NCBI GenBank assembly: GCA_022564195.1
Contig: JADFLW010000007.1
Span: forward strand, 3,667 to 67,666
Direction: 5' to 3'
DNA length: 64,000 nucleotides
Source: Patescibacteria group bacterium
GTDB lineage: Bacteria; Patescibacteriota; Microgenomatia; UBA1400; Chisholmbacteraceae
The notes below the pieces were generated by a model. That model was not told where the DNA came from, made no database searches, and saw only the letters and a list, made by a program, of their open reading frames with translations. The number at the start of each line of letters is the position of its first letter. Position 1 is the first letter of the stretch. Of this stretch, positions 22,013 through 31,909 are shown piece by piece. Position numbers and translations under genes: made by a program.

Positions 22013-22399
22013 CTACTTTTCCTCTTTTTTCCTATCTAAATACTCCTGGAGGATGAGGGTGGCGGCAAATGCATGTTTTGGGCCGCGACGTTTCGCCTTC
22101 TTGCTTGCCTCTGCTAGTTTTTGAATGGCTTGCTGGGTGGTCAATGTCTCATCTTGGAAGGCAATGGTGATGTTTAGCTCTTTGGTGAGTTTTTCTGCAA
22201 ACTTTCGTGTTTGATGAGCCATCTTTCCTTCGGATATTCCTACCACAATCTCTTTTACCTGGAGCTTGAAACAGATTTGACGCAGCTGTTCGTACAGCTT
22301 GGATGAGACCTTTACGTTTGCCAGTGGTTCCGCAAGCGGTCCGGTTGCAATGGCGAGCCCGATGTTTTTGGGGCCAAAGTCAATTCCTAAGACGACCAT
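22013..22399 (-). CDS. ruvX: putative pre-16S rRNA nuclease / Holliday junction resolvase-like YqgF (RuvX)
   Basis: 128 aa; the N-terminus VLGIDFGPKNIGLAIA matches the RuvX/YqgF signature. Confidence 0.8.
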   Translation of the reverse strand: MVVLGIDFGPKNIGLAIATGPLAEPLANVKVSSKLYEQLRQICFKLQVKEIVVGISEGKMAHQTRKFAEKLTKELNITIAFQDETLTTQQAIQKLAEASKKAKRRGPKHAFAATLILQEYLDRKKEEK

Positions 22400-22401
22400 A
22401 A

Positions 22402-23133
22402 TTAATCGACAAGTGCGGCGGTGATAATGCCCCGACGAAGATATGTTCCTGGTGGCGTGCAGGTTATGAGACGAAGATATTCGTTGTCATACGGTTGTTC
22501 TAACACGGAGATGTCGTCCGGTTTAACTTCGACTTTATCTATCACCTGATACGTGTAGGTTATGCCGTCGAATTTGACGATGATCTCATCGCCCATCTCG
22601 AGCGTGGGGATGAGGGAAAAGATTGCCATATAATTGGTTGGGCTGAAGAACTGAGGCAGGATGGAATGGCCGAAAATAACCGGTGCTCCAGTTTCCCCCG
22701 GAAGCGCGGTTCCGGGGTAGTGGATAAGGCTTTTTTTTAGATCCTCTCCATTTATTTCTACAACAGCATCTTTGATGTTGAATTTTGGAATCGAAAGGGT
22801 GTAATGGGTAATTCGGGATTCCGTCTTTCTGGAAAATTTGGCTTTCGGAAACCAATTTTGTGGACGAGTCAAATCCTGGTTGATCGTGCTTTCCAAGCTG
22901 TCCTCTTTTCCTGAAACTGGAACAGGGCTTAAAAATTCATACTGTTTCAGAGTGGGAGCAGTGAAGAGTTCATAGGAGAGAATCGGCCATAGCACATTTG
23001 CAACCAGCACTATTCCGGATATGATCAGGCCTCTAGATAGTACAGACATCAATCTCGAACTGACTCTGACCTTCCGACTTGTCTTCGGGCTTGCTGTTTG
23101 CGGATGGGCTTTGACGTAACGGTACAATGTCAT
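22402..23133 (-). CDS. sortase (transpeptidase)
   Basis: N-terminal membrane anchor, catalytic His (VIFGHS), the TLxTC-type motif LRLITCTPPG, and a downstream Arg (LRRGII). Confidence 0.8.
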   Translation of the reverse strand: MTLYRYVKAHPQTASPKTSRKVRVSSRLMSVLSRGLIISGIVLVANVLWPILSYELFTAPTLKQYEFLSPVPVSGKEDSLESTINQDLTRPQNWFPKAKFSRKTESRITHYTLSIPKFNIKDAVVEINGEDLKKSLIHYPGTALPGETGAPVIFGHSILPQFFSPTNYMAIFSLIPTLEMGDEIIVKFDGITYTYQVIDKVEVKPDDISVLEQPYDNEYLRLITCTPPGTYLRRGIITAALVD

Positions 23134-25475
23134 TCGTCTCTTTCTATCCTGATTTCGATTGTGATGTTCTCAGCTTTTCTGGGGAAAGTTTTTAGTCTTG
23201 CTGGCAGCGCTTCCGGTGTGATCTTGACCTCTGCCTTAGAAAAATTCGGCAACGATCCCAGGTACTTTTCGACAAGCTGTGGATGCTTTCCAGTGAGCTT
23301 GCGTTTTATCTCCTGTTCTTCAATTCTAGGAATCAATACCGCCTTGTAGACAACCGTTATCCTTGCCAATCCATCCTGGAACTCCACTTCTTTCACTTCT
23401 GCGAAACTTTCATCTTCCTGGAGCCTGAAGTCTTGTGGGATCGCCTCGCTTGATGCAAGGCGCAAAATCTGGTTGTAGTCTTCGTCATCATATGCTAGCG
23501 TTGTTATTTTCGCCTTGATTTTCGCTGAGACAGTCTGGGCCTCCTCTCCGACTTCTCCACTTACTTCGCTTGATAGTACTTCTATTTCTACCCCATCAAC
23601 GAGTACTTTTCTTCCAGGTCCTTCTTGACTTTCCAACTCGTTTGCCGCTTTCTGTTTCAGCTCTTGTTTGAGCTGGTTCAGGAGGTCATCGATATCGTTT
23701 TTGGCAATGGCCTGAATCTCTCGACTCGTCCCGCCGCTGATATTGCTCTCGTTTTTGGCATCGTATGAAGCAGTGGAAAACGCCTTCAAGGTAAAGTCCG
23801 TGTCGGCGGGAAGGTTGTATTCTGTTCCGATCGCCGTTGCTGTTATCGATGCTTTGGCCTTCCCGAATGTCGTCGTCACGGCCTCATCTGACTCCTGGGA
23901 ACTGGCCGAAGCCACCGATACCTCGCTATCTAGAGAAAATGCGAGTTTGTTTGGTCCAACGAGCATTGTCCCTGCAGCGAATGTTTTTGCTGCGGATGTC
24001 TTGTTATAGACCGATACTTCCCCTTTGGCTTTTTCTCCGACCAGTTTGCTGCCCGTCGTCTCTTTTTCTTTTTCTCCTTCGAGTTCCATCCCGACGATTT
24101 TTCCAGGTATCCGATTTTCTGCGGCAACAACTTGGTTGCTCTTAGGATCGATGGTGATGATGAGCTCCGTTTCGAGCGTTTTGGGTCTGACGTAGAGCAC
24201 GATTTGGGCTCTTGGTATTGTCCAATATCCGTACATTACCGCTGCTGCGCTGAGCACAAAGAACGCTATCACAATACCAATCGTCATCTTTAGCCTCGAG
24301 TCTAACAGGTCGCTTGGCCGAGGAATCCTTAATCTTGGAAGACGCATCATGCGGGGAATCATGGATGTGAGACTTATCAATTTCGCGCTCCATGCTTCTT
24401 TCCCTTCGGGGGTCTCAACACTTACTTCTTCTTTCGCTTGTTCTTCTGGGCTCGGTGGTGTTCTCGGTTTTGCTTCCTCTTCTTTGGGTTTCTCTTCTTT
24501 GGGTTCCTCTTTCTTCGCAACTTCTTGGGCAACATCGACATCAGTTTTGAATCCTATCTCCTCTGCTGTGGGAATCGTTTCTTCTGGAAGCGCTTCTTTT
24601 CCTTCCACCTCTGGTGGAGCCTCTTCTTTTTCCTCTTTCTCTTTTTCTTCCTCTTCGATTATTTCGAATCCTAACGCCTTGGCAGCCTCCGCCCCTCCCC
24701 CAATTGCCACGGCCTTGATTGTCACCTGCTTCTCCAACACCTCAACTTTTGGAAAATGGAGAAACGGGAGCTTCTCAAGCCAGTCGCAGGAGAGAAGGTT
24801 TTGCTTGAGACTTTCGAGATCAAGCGTGCCATTGAAAAGCAACATTCGTGACGGCATATTCTCCTCTATCTCAAAACGCGCCAGTCCTTCTTCAACATCG
24901 GCACCAATGTCTTCGCTTCGGGATACCGTTTGGCTTCCTAGAATTTTCCCTACGTTTACGAGGGTAACCTGAATCTCTGATTCGGTCACAAGAATCAAGA
25001 TTGCGGTTGGTGGCGTGCCTTCTTGCTGTTTGAGTAAATGAACGATGGCTTCGCTGGTCACAACGAATCCTATTGGTTCGAATTCAAGCTTTTCCGAAAT
25101 CCGTTTGAGGATTTTGGCATAGTCCTTTGTAATGGTCTCTCCCGCCACCCAACTTTCTTGCAGGCCGAAGATGACTTTGTTCGGTTCTGGTTCTGCATCG
25201 GCAAGGGCTTTCTCGAGTGATGCGTCAATTGCCGTGAGCAGCGAGTCAATTGAGTCTTTTTCTGTCTTCCATTCTTCTGTTGCTCCTAACTTTACGATTT
25301 GCGTTTGGCCATCCACAACCTGCCAGACAGCAGTGGTCACGGTTTCTGTCCCGATTTCAATTGCCAAGAATTGCTCTTGCGTTTTTTCTTTCGTGGTGAA
25401 TTTTGATAAGATGTTCGGAAGATTCATATTTTCACCAACACAAATCCACTCTTTAAGCGGTTGTCTATTTTTCAT
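23130..25475 (-). CDS. actin-like ATPase (PilM/FtsA-like) fused via an E/K-rich linker to a PilN-like TM segment and a large extracytoplasmic domain
   Basis: N-terminal LAIEIGTETVTT...VAIGGGAEAAKALGF matches the actin-fold start and C-terminal GGG motif of FtsA/PilM. An acidic/lysine low-complexity region (EEEEKEKEEKEE...) follows. Then RPSDLLDSR plus a TM helix (IGIVIAFFVLSAAAVMY) resembles the PilN N-terminus, and a ~370-aa C-terminal domain follows. Confidence 0.5.
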   Translation of the reverse strand: MKNRQPLKEWICVGENMNLPNILSKFTTKEKTQEQFLAIEIGTETVTTAVWQVVDGQTQIVKLGATEEWKTEKDSIDSLLTAIDASLEKALADAEPEPNKVIFGLQESWVAGETITKDYAKILKRISEKLEFEPIGFVVTSEAIVHLLKQQEGTPPTAILILVTESEIQVTLVNVGKILGSQTVSRSEDIGADVEEGLARFEIEENMPSRMLLFNGTLDLESLKQNLLSCDWLEKLPFLHFPKVEVLEKQVTIKAVAIGGGAEAAKALGFEIIEEEEKEKEEKEEAPPEVEGKEALPEETIPTAEEIGFKTDVDVAQEVAKKEEPKEEKPKEEEAKPRTPPSPEEQAKEEVSVETPEGKEAWSAKLISLTSMIPRMMRLPRLRIPRPSDLLDSRLKMTIGIVIAFFVLSAAAVMYGYWTIPRAQIVLYVRPKTLETELIITIDPKSNQVVAAENRIPGKIVGMELEGEKEKETTGSKLVGEKAKGEVSVYNKTSAAKTFAAGTMLVGPNKLAFSLDSEVSVASASSQESDEAVTTTFGKAKASITATAIGTEYNLPADTDFTLKAFSTASYDAKNESNISGGTSREIQAIAKNDIDDLLNQLKQELKQKAANELESQEGPGRKVLVDGVEIEVLSSEVSGEVGEEAQTVSAKIKAKITTLAYDDEDYNQILRLASSEAIPQDFRLQEDESFAEVKEVEFQDGLARITVVYKAVLIPRIEEQEIKRKLTGKHPQLVEKYLGSLPNFSKAEVKITPEALPARLKTFPRKAENITIEIRIERDE

Positions 25476-25535
25476 TCTAACACCAAGAGGGGAAGTTTTC
25501 GAGCCAGGATCTACGGGTTCTTACAGGCTTGGGAA

Positions 25536-27452
25536 TTACTTTCTGGAGTCCAGTATTGCGTAGATGCGGCGGATGCCGGTACCGATCGATTGCTGTTTGG
25601 TGATTTTTATGCTGCCGATCTCACCGGTTGATTTGAGGTGTGGACCGCCACAGAGCTCTTTGGAAAACCAATTTGTTTTCGGATTCTTTCCTATTGTGTA
25701 GACAGAAACTTTGTCGGGGTAGGTCTCTTTGAAGAATGCCAAGGCTCCGGATTTGAGCGCCTCGTCTTTATCTTCGATGGTTTTGTGAACCGGCAGGTTT
25801 TCTTTGATTTTTTGGTTGATCAGGTTTTCTACCTTCTTTATCTCTGCATCGGTTAATGCTTTGGGGTGGGAGAAATCAAAGCGCAATCTCTCAGCAGTGA
25901 TGTTGCTTCCCTCCTGGCGAACATGGCTGCCCAAGACTTTGCGTAGCGACTGGTGGATGAGGTGGGTGGCGGTGTGGAGCTTGATAGTGGCTTCGGACTG
26001 ATCAGCTAAGCCACCTTTAAACATCCCGGCAGATGCTTTGCGGGAAAGCTGTTGGTGTTTTTTGAATGCTCGATCAAACTCTGCCTTTTCTATTGTTTTG
26101 CCTCTAAGCGCTACAAGTTCCTGGGTGATTTCAAATGGAAAGCCGTAGGTCTGAAAGAGGTCGAAGGCAAATCTTGCATCAATTTTCTCTGGAGGTTGTT
26201 TTTCTATCACCTTCAATCCGCGATCTAGGCTTTTTGCAAATTTATCCATTTCTTGTACGAGAACTCTTCCTACCACTTCTCTTGCTTTTGCTATCTCGAA
26301 ATACACACCCCCATATTGTCGGATCACTTCATAGCAAATTCCCTGAAATCCGGGAACGGGGGTAAGACCGCCTTTGAGCGTGTGCATTTTTACAGCGGCT
26401 CTTCGCAATAAGCGACGCACAACATACCCTTGTATTTTGTTGGACGGTTCTATTCCTTGAGCGATCATAAAGGTGGCAGCTCTTAAGTGGTCGGCAATGA
26501 CTCTCATCGAAACTTTGAATTTTCCCTCATACTTTTTGTCTGATGCCTGTTCAATTGCTTTGATGACTGGGGTAAACAAATCTGTCTGGAAGATATCCTG
26601 TTTGTTTTGACTGGCGGCGGCGATGCGTTCGAGTCCGCCGCCGAAGTCGACGTTTTTCTTAGGAAGTTCTTTGAAATAGCTGCCTTTTTGTTTCTCATAT
26701 TGCATGAAGACTGAGTTGCCTATCTCTAAAAATCGACCGCAGTCGCAGTTAAGATGACATGGTTGGTTTTTGAACGGCGATTTTTCATGGATACCCAGCT
26801 CTGCGCCAAGATCATAAAAGACTTCTGAGTCTGGACCGCCAATTTCTCCAGGCGGCATGTCTTCGGGAACGCCGGCGCGGGACCACCAGTTTTCTTTCGC
26901 GCTATAGGTGTAGATTTTGACTTTGGGGTCAAAGCCTTCTTCTCCGTCTGGAACTGGTATATTGGGATTAAAATTGAGAAGCTCCCTCCAGATGTTTATT
27001 GATTCAACATCTGGACCCAATGCTGGCATCTCACCATTTTTCTTAATAACCTTATGATTTTCATCGCCACTAAAAACAGTCACGTATAACCTGTCGGGTT
27101 GAAGGCCTATACCTTTATCTTTGTCAGTCAGAAATTCGAAAAACCATTTCAGTTGCCTTATCTTAAAATAGTCGCCAAGACTCCAGTTACCGAGCATCTC
27201 AAAGAAGGTCGTGTGGCGATTGTCGCCGATTTCATCAATATCTTCTGCCCGGAAACATGGTTGGGAGTCTACCAAACGTTTCCCCATTGGGTGAGGTTCA
27301 CCTTTGAGGAAGGGGACGAGTTGCTGCATCCCGGAGCTGGTAAAAAGCGTGGTTGGATCTTCAGGCGGCACGATGGGAGCCGGGAGAATTTCTTTGTGCT
27401 TCCTTTTCCTGAAAAAGTCGATGTACTTGGAGCGAATCTCGTTTGCTGTCAT
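25536..27452 (-). CDS. alaS: alanine--tRNA ligase (lacking C-terminal C-Ala domain)
   Basis: N-terminal catalytic motifs (ANEIRSKYIDFF, TTLFTSSGMQQ, DSQPCFR). An editing domain HxxxH (HTATHLIHQSL...CGGPH) is present. The protein ends at 638 aa after the editing domain. Confidence 0.9.
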   Translation of the reverse strand: MTANEIRSKYIDFFRKRKHKEILPAPIVPPEDPTTLFTSSGMQQLVPFLKGEPHPMGKRLVDSQPCFRAEDIDEIGDNRHTTFFEMLGNWSLGDYFKIRQLKWFFEFLTDKDKGIGLQPDRLYVTVFSGDENHKVIKKNGEMPALGPDVESINIWRELLNFNPNIPVPDGEEGFDPKVKIYTYSAKENWWSRAGVPEDMPPGEIGGPDSEVFYDLGAELGIHEKSPFKNQPCHLNCDCGRFLEIGNSVFMQYEKQKGSYFKELPKKNVDFGGGLERIAAASQNKQDIFQTDLFTPVIKAIEQASDKKYEGKFKVSMRVIADHLRAATFMIAQGIEPSNKIQGYVVRRLLRRAAVKMHTLKGGLTPVPGFQGICYEVIRQYGGVYFEIAKAREVVGRVLVQEMDKFAKSLDRGLKVIEKQPPEKIDARFAFDLFQTYGFPFEITQELVALRGKTIEKAEFDRAFKKHQQLSRKASAGMFKGGLADQSEATIKLHTATHLIHQSLRKVLGSHVRQEGSNITAERLRFDFSHPKALTDAEIKKVENLINQKIKENLPVHKTIEDKDEALKSGALAFFKETYPDKVSVYTIGKNPKTNWFSKELCGGPHLKSTGEIGSIKITKQQSIGTGIRRIYAILDSRK

Positions 27453-27505
27453 GTCAGTACTCCAGGTCTGCCCAATTGTATCAAATTCCTTCTCTGGCGA
27501 ACTCT

Positions 27506-28057
27506 CTATCTGAACAGGTTTTTCCTCTTAAAGGGGATAAGTGCGCTCACGACGGCAGGGGTGTAGAGGGCTTTTCTGTCGATGACGCCGCCGGTCAAGA
27601 TGCCAATGGCGCCTTCTTTTTGCTTTGAGTTCGATCTGCCGAAGATCTCATCCATTGCGTCTCCAAGCTCTTTTCCTTGATGGATGAGCTTGGCGACGTT
27701 TTCTGGTAAATAGAATGTCGCAGTCTTGCCTTTTCCCATTCTTTTCTTCGACTTCACGACAGTCCAAGCAAACGTTCCGAGTTCTCCGTTGCGTTCTTCC
27801 ACGCCACCTTCGATGCCGACACAGAAGTCAGCTTCCGGATGTTTCTTCATTGTGAGGCTGGCCCGGTTTTCTGCTCCTTGTCGCGTTTCTTCATCAGTCA
27901 TCGGTTGGTCTTTAACACCGGGGTTCACTGAAATCCCTTTGATTTCAAACTCTTCACTTGGGAACATCTTCTTGAATCCCTCTAAAGTTGCCTGGATTTT
28001 TACTGGATTTTCGGAGGCGACGATGATTTTCTTCATAGGGGGCTTTTTCTTGCTCAA
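27506..28057 (-). CDS. inosine/xanthosine triphosphatase (YjjX-like non-canonical NTPase)
   Basis: 183 aa with IIVASENPVKIQA and FCVGIEGGV motifs of the YjjX/Ham1-like family. Confidence 0.65.
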   Translation of the reverse strand: MSKKKPPMKKIIVASENPVKIQATLEGFKKMFPSEEFEIKGISVNPGVKDQPMTDEETRQGAENRASLTMKKHPEADFCVGIEGGVEERNGELGTFAWTVVKSKKRMGKGKTATFYLPENVAKLIHQGKELGDAMDEIFGRSNSKQKEGAIGILTGGVIDRKALYTPAVVSALIPFKRKNLFR

Positions 28058-28093
28058 TCTGCTCGAGAAGCATTATATCTTAAAAAAAGGAGA

Positions 28094-28453
28094 TTATTTC
28101 TTCAACGACTTTCCGCCGCGGGTGAAGAAGCGGCCGGCTGCTTCTCTACCTCGAAGTTGGAGTTTCTTGATGTGGCTCACATCTTGCTTTTTGGTTCCTT
28201 TCTTGTCTGCTGTTTTCTTTTGTGGCTGAGGCAGTTCTTTTGCTGGCTTTCTTTCCCCTTCTGTCTCTTCATAAATTTCTTCCAGCTCCTCAAGGACTTC
28301 ATGACCATGTTGTCTGAGGTAGTCCCTTACCTTTCTCCCTCTTTTTGTGCCGAAAAGGAACATGCCTGCGGTGCCGAGCGCCGCGCCCCAAAATAGACCG
28401 GATGTAAAGCTTGATTCTTTTCTCTTGTATTCTCTGGGTGAGTCTTTTGCCAT
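28094..28453 (-). CDS. YtxH-domain general stress-like membrane protein
   Basis: GLFWGAALGTAGMFLFGTKRGRKVRDYL matches the YtxH N-terminal motif. The tail is charged and Lys-rich. Confidence 0.6.
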   Translation of the reverse strand: MAKDSPREYKRKESSFTSGLFWGAALGTAGMFLFGTKRGRKVRDYLRQHGHEVLEELEEIYEETEGERKPAKELPQPQKKTADKKGTKKQDVSHIKKLQLRGREAAGRFFTRGGKSLKK

Positions 28454-28458
28454 GTGCT

Positions 28459-28486
28459 GAGAATTGAGAATTAAGATGTGAGATTT
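28459..28486. repeat. tandem heptamers (gagaatt gagaatt aagatgt gagattt) immediately upstream of the ytxH-like start codon
   Basis: Four consecutive 7-bp units of consensus NAGAWTT on the plus strand (AAWTCTN on the coding strand), ending 6 nt from the ATG. Confidence 0.6.
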
Positions 28487-28506
28487 AAAAGTTATGGGTG
28501 CGTCTT

Positions 28507-28818
28507 TTAGGAGCTTTTATTTTCTTCTGCCTCACTGGGTTCTTGCTTTTTACCTTTCTTCTTCCTTGTTAGGAAGTTTCCGATGGTCTCAATGGCTTTC
28601 ACGCCGGTTTTTAAACCGTCTATCATCCCCCCGAGGCCAGAGATTGGGTGAGCGATTGATTCAGTAATCATTCCGGCATCATCAAGCATCTTGTTTACCT
28701 TCTCGATTGTCCTTCGGACCTCGCGAAGGATGTGGACTATTTGTACACCGATGAACGAAAGCAGTATCGTTAGGGTCGTGATGACGATGACGAGAAGAAC
28801 TTGGCTTAAATCTACCAT
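28507..28818 (-). CDS. DUF948-family membrane protein (YtxG-like)
   Basis: N-terminal TM helix followed by a coiled-coil region; it is adjacent to the YtxH gene, as in Firmicutes. Confidence 0.5.
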   Translation of the reverse strand: MVDLSQVLLVIVITTLTILLSFIGVQIVHILREVRRTIEKVNKMLDDAGMITESIAHPISGLGGMIDGLKTGVKAIETIGNFLTRKKKGKKQEPSEAEENKSS

Positions 28819-28958
28819 GGCAGGGTTTTTCCTTGTGTTAGTACCATTTTCTGGAATTCTGCATCCTTTGTCAATTGAAATTCTCTAGTCGGAAAGGACT
28901 CAAAGTACGATTTACGATATACATGTCGGATTAGGGTTGAGCGAGTATGAACTTCTCC

Positions 28959-29594
28959 TCATGGCTCGACTTGGACCGTTCGTTGGACGGTTCGTGATTT
29001 TCCGGACCGACTTGTAGACTCAATGGTTATCGTCCTGGTGCCTTCGGGAAGAATCAGTGATTGACTGAATGATCCGTCTGGGTCAATCGATACCTGCTGA
29101 TTGTTGATTGTCAGTGTCGCCTGAGGATCGGTTCTTCCTGAAACTTCCACCGCTGCTTTCACTCGCTCTTTTTCTTGGGGGCTTTCAATCTTAAGCGGTG
29201 GAGCGGTAGTAAGCAGTCGGTACTGAAAGAAAAAGTAAGAAGCAAATGCTACGGATAAGACTAGTAGTACCCCTACCACTGTTGTTTTCGGCGTCCAGAG
29301 TGATCGAGGCTTTATTGCCTGCTGCGTTAAGCTTCTCGGTATGACCTGCCCTTTCACATCTTGGTCGTAGTCACGACGGAATACTGCAAGCGCTTGCTGA
29401 GGATCTACGCCTATCATTTTGGCGTAGTTTCGGATAAATCCTTTGACAAACGCTGCTTCCGGAAGCTTGTTAAAATCGTTGTCCTCCAGGGCTTTGAGAT
29501 ATTTCGCGTCGATTTTGGTCTTTTCCGCAAGCTCACGCCTCGTGAGTTTTTTCTGGAGGCGTGCGTTTTTCAAAATTTCACCAACGGTTTTCAT
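28959..29594 (-). CDS. RodZ-like HTH (XRE-family) membrane protein
   Basis: N-terminal HTH (TVGEILKNARLQKKLTRRELAEKTKI), then a single TM helix (VVGVLLVLSVAFASYFFF) and an extracytoplasmic domain. Confidence 0.65.
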   Translation of the reverse strand: MKTVGEILKNARLQKKLTRRELAEKTKIDAKYLKALEDNDFNKLPEAAFVKGFIRNYAKMIGVDPQQALAVFRRDYDQDVKGQVIPRSLTQQAIKPRSLWTPKTTVVGVLLVLSVAFASYFFFQYRLLTTAPPLKIESPQEKERVKAAVEVSGRTDPQATLTINNQQVSIDPDGSFSQSLILPEGTRTITIESTSRSGKSRTVQRTVQVEP

Positions 29595-29599
29595 GCTTT

Positions 29600-29620
29600 A
29601 AGAATTGAGATTTAAGAATT
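29600..29620. repeat. tandem heptamers (aagaatt gagattt aagaatt) immediately upstream of the rodZ-like start codon
   Basis: Three 7-bp units of the same NAGAWTT family as at 28459 and 33569. Confidence 0.6.
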
Positions 29621-29633
29621 AGGCATTGATTTT

Positions 29634-31742
29634 TCATGAAGCCTGTTGCTCAGAGGCAGCGCGACGTTGAGCAATGAAGGTGCTTGGACTTTGGATCAGC
29701 ACTTCTCTTGGCTTTGATCCTTCTTGCGGCCCAACAACGCCGGCCAGCTCAAGTTGATCGAGTATTCTTGCCGCGCGGGCGTAGCCTATTTTAAGTCGGC
29801 GCTGGAGTAATGAGGCCGAGGCGCGATCGTACTCACACACCACTCGCACTGATTCGTCAAACAGTTCGTCCACTTCTTGATCTTGGACGCCGGCTCTTGT
29901 GGTGGTTTTACCTTTGTACTTTGTCGTGACTTCTTCGGTGTATTGTGGTTTGACTCCGCTCTTTTTGAGAAACCCGATAAGCTTTTGAATTTCCGATTCT
30001 GCGACAAAGGTTCCCTGGATGCGCGTTGGTTTTGCTTGCTCGGGCGGAATGTAGAGCATATCTCCTCTACCTAACAGTTTCTCGGCGCCAGGCATGTCGA
30101 TGATCACCCTCGAGTCCACCATGCTTGTGACGTTAAATGCAATACGACAAGGAATGTTGGCCTTGATAAGACCCGTGATGACATCCACCGATGGTCTTTG
30201 GGTTGCGATGATCAGATGAATTCCCGTTGCTCTTGCCATCTGCGCTAATCTCGTAATGGTGTCCTCAACATCAGAGGGAGCGAAGAGAATGATATCGGCA
30301 AGTTCATCGATGATGATGATGATGTAGGGAAGCGCTTGGAAGCCGGAGAGCTCGTTATACCCTTCGATGTTTCTTACTCCAACTTCGGAGAACATCTTGT
30401 ACCGCTTTTCCATTTGCGCAATTGTCCACTTGAGGGCCGAGACCACTTTTTCTGGTTCAACAATGACTGGTGTTAACAGGTGGGGAATTCCGTTGTACTG
30501 TGTCAGCTCCACTCGTTTTGGATCTACAAGAATGAATTTCACTTCATTGGGGGTTGCGCGATAGAGGGTCGTTGCCAAAAATGCGTTAATGAAAACCGAT
30601 TTCCCACTTCCTGTTGCTCCGGCAATCAGAATGTGCGGCATGCGTCCGATATCGGCCACGACCGGTGTTCCCGAAACATCGAGTCCTAAGGCAATGGCCA
30701 ATGGAGTTTTTGCTTTCTTTATTTGCTCTGACGTCAGCATTTTTCTTAAGGTGACGAATTCGGGAGTGCGATTGGGAATCTCGATTCCAACGAGAGAGCG
30801 TCCGGGAATTGGGGCCTCGATGCGGATTTGTCCGGTTGGGGCGGCAAGTGCCAATGCCAAGTCATTCTGAAGAGCAGTGAGTTTTGAGAGCTTGGTTCCT
30901 AATGAGATTTCCATTGCATATTGGGTTACCGCCGGTCCGGTGTTTACCTCAACCACTCGAGCCTGAATTCCAAATGACTCTAAGGTTTGCTCGATCATTG
31001 AGGCGTTTGCTTTCAGATCGCCCCTGTCTGCCTTGCCTCCAATGGATTCGACAAGGATATCAAGCGGCGGGTATTCCCAGGCCTGTGCTTGAGGGCCAGG
31101 CACGTTGGTTACTACTTGTGTTCCAAGTTCCATAGGGGCTGCTGGTTCTTTCTTTTCTTTCTTCTTTACTTGTATCTTTGGCCGCTTTTCTTCATCCATT
31201 CCCTTTATTTTTAGTTCTGTTTGCGCAACATAGGCAGCTTTTTTTCTCCGTCTAGTGAGTTTTGAGAATCGTCTGTAGATGTTGGAGAGGTTGAGCAAGA
31301 TTTCATCGAATGGCGTCTCGGTGAAAATCATGAACCCAATGAATGCGTTTCCGAGAAGGACGACTGCCGCTCCTGGTTTTGAAATGAGGGCTGCGATGTT
31401 TCTCCACAGCTCTCCGCCAACTCTTCCGGCGTTCGTGAGGGACATTGCCGAAATGAAAAATAGCAGTGCCCCTAAAAATACGTTTGGTCTTGTCACCTTC
31501 CATTTGAGTTGGGTTAACATCAAACCCGCAGTAACAAAGAGAAACGGCACTAACAGTGCAGTCCAACCGAACTGAACAGTGAGGAAGGTGTTCATCTGTC
31601 CGAGTATTTCTCCCTGTTGAGAGAATGAGATAATCGCCAAGGCCCCAGTGGAGATCAACAGGACACTGGCTATCGAATAGATCGTGTCTTTTCTTAATTT
31701 GAGTTTGAATGGTGCCCGACGGCGACCCTTTTTTCTTCCCAT
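29634..31742 (-). CDS. ftsK: DNA translocase FtsK/SpoIIIE
   Basis: Four or five N-terminal TM helices, Walker A (LIAGATGSGKS), Walker B (IIIIIDELAD), and a C-terminal gamma winged-helix-like domain. Confidence 0.9.
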   Translation of the reverse strand: MGRKKGRRRAPFKLKLRKDTIYSIASVLLISTGALAIISFSQQGEILGQMNTFLTVQFGWTALLVPFLFVTAGLMLTQLKWKVTRPNVFLGALLFFISAMSLTNAGRVGGELWRNIAALISKPGAAVVLLGNAFIGFMIFTETPFDEILLNLSNIYRRFSKLTRRRKKAAYVAQTELKIKGMDEEKRPKIQVKKKEKKEPAAPMELGTQVVTNVPGPQAQAWEYPPLDILVESIGGKADRGDLKANASMIEQTLESFGIQARVVEVNTGPAVTQYAMEISLGTKLSKLTALQNDLALALAAPTGQIRIEAPIPGRSLVGIEIPNRTPEFVTLRKMLTSEQIKKAKTPLAIALGLDVSGTPVVADIGRMPHILIAGATGSGKSVFINAFLATTLYRATPNEVKFILVDPKRVELTQYNGIPHLLTPVIVEPEKVVSALKWTIAQMEKRYKMFSEVGVRNIEGYNELSGFQALPYIIIIIDELADIILFAPSDVEDTITRLAQMARATGIHLIIATQRPSVDVITGLIKANIPCRIAFNVTSMVDSRVIIDMPGAEKLLGRGDMLYIPPEQAKPTRIQGTFVAESEIQKLIGFLKKSGVKPQYTEEVTTKYKGKTTTRAGVQDQEVDELFDESVRVVCEYDRASASLLQRRLKIGYARAARILDQLELAGVVGPQEGSKPREVLIQSPSTFIAQRRAASEQQAS

Positions 31743-31909
31743 TGGATGATCCCTTCAGTTATGCCACTTCATAAACGTGCTGTTCCGTGTCAATCATTAT
31801 ATCGAGTCTAGCTCGATTATATCAGGTGAGACGGCCTGCGTGGAGTTGAGCCCGGAATACTTGTTTCAGAAGAAGCAATTTTGGTTCGAATCTTCGGCGG
31901 CGGGCAATC

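Noticed and set aside
31743-31909. Palindrome ATCGAG-TCTAG-CTCGAT with a nearby TTGACA in the rnj-ftsK intergenic region, as a promoter or operator
   Set aside because: No acceptable -10 hexamer sits at the correct spacing and the stem is short. This is insufficient support to annotate.
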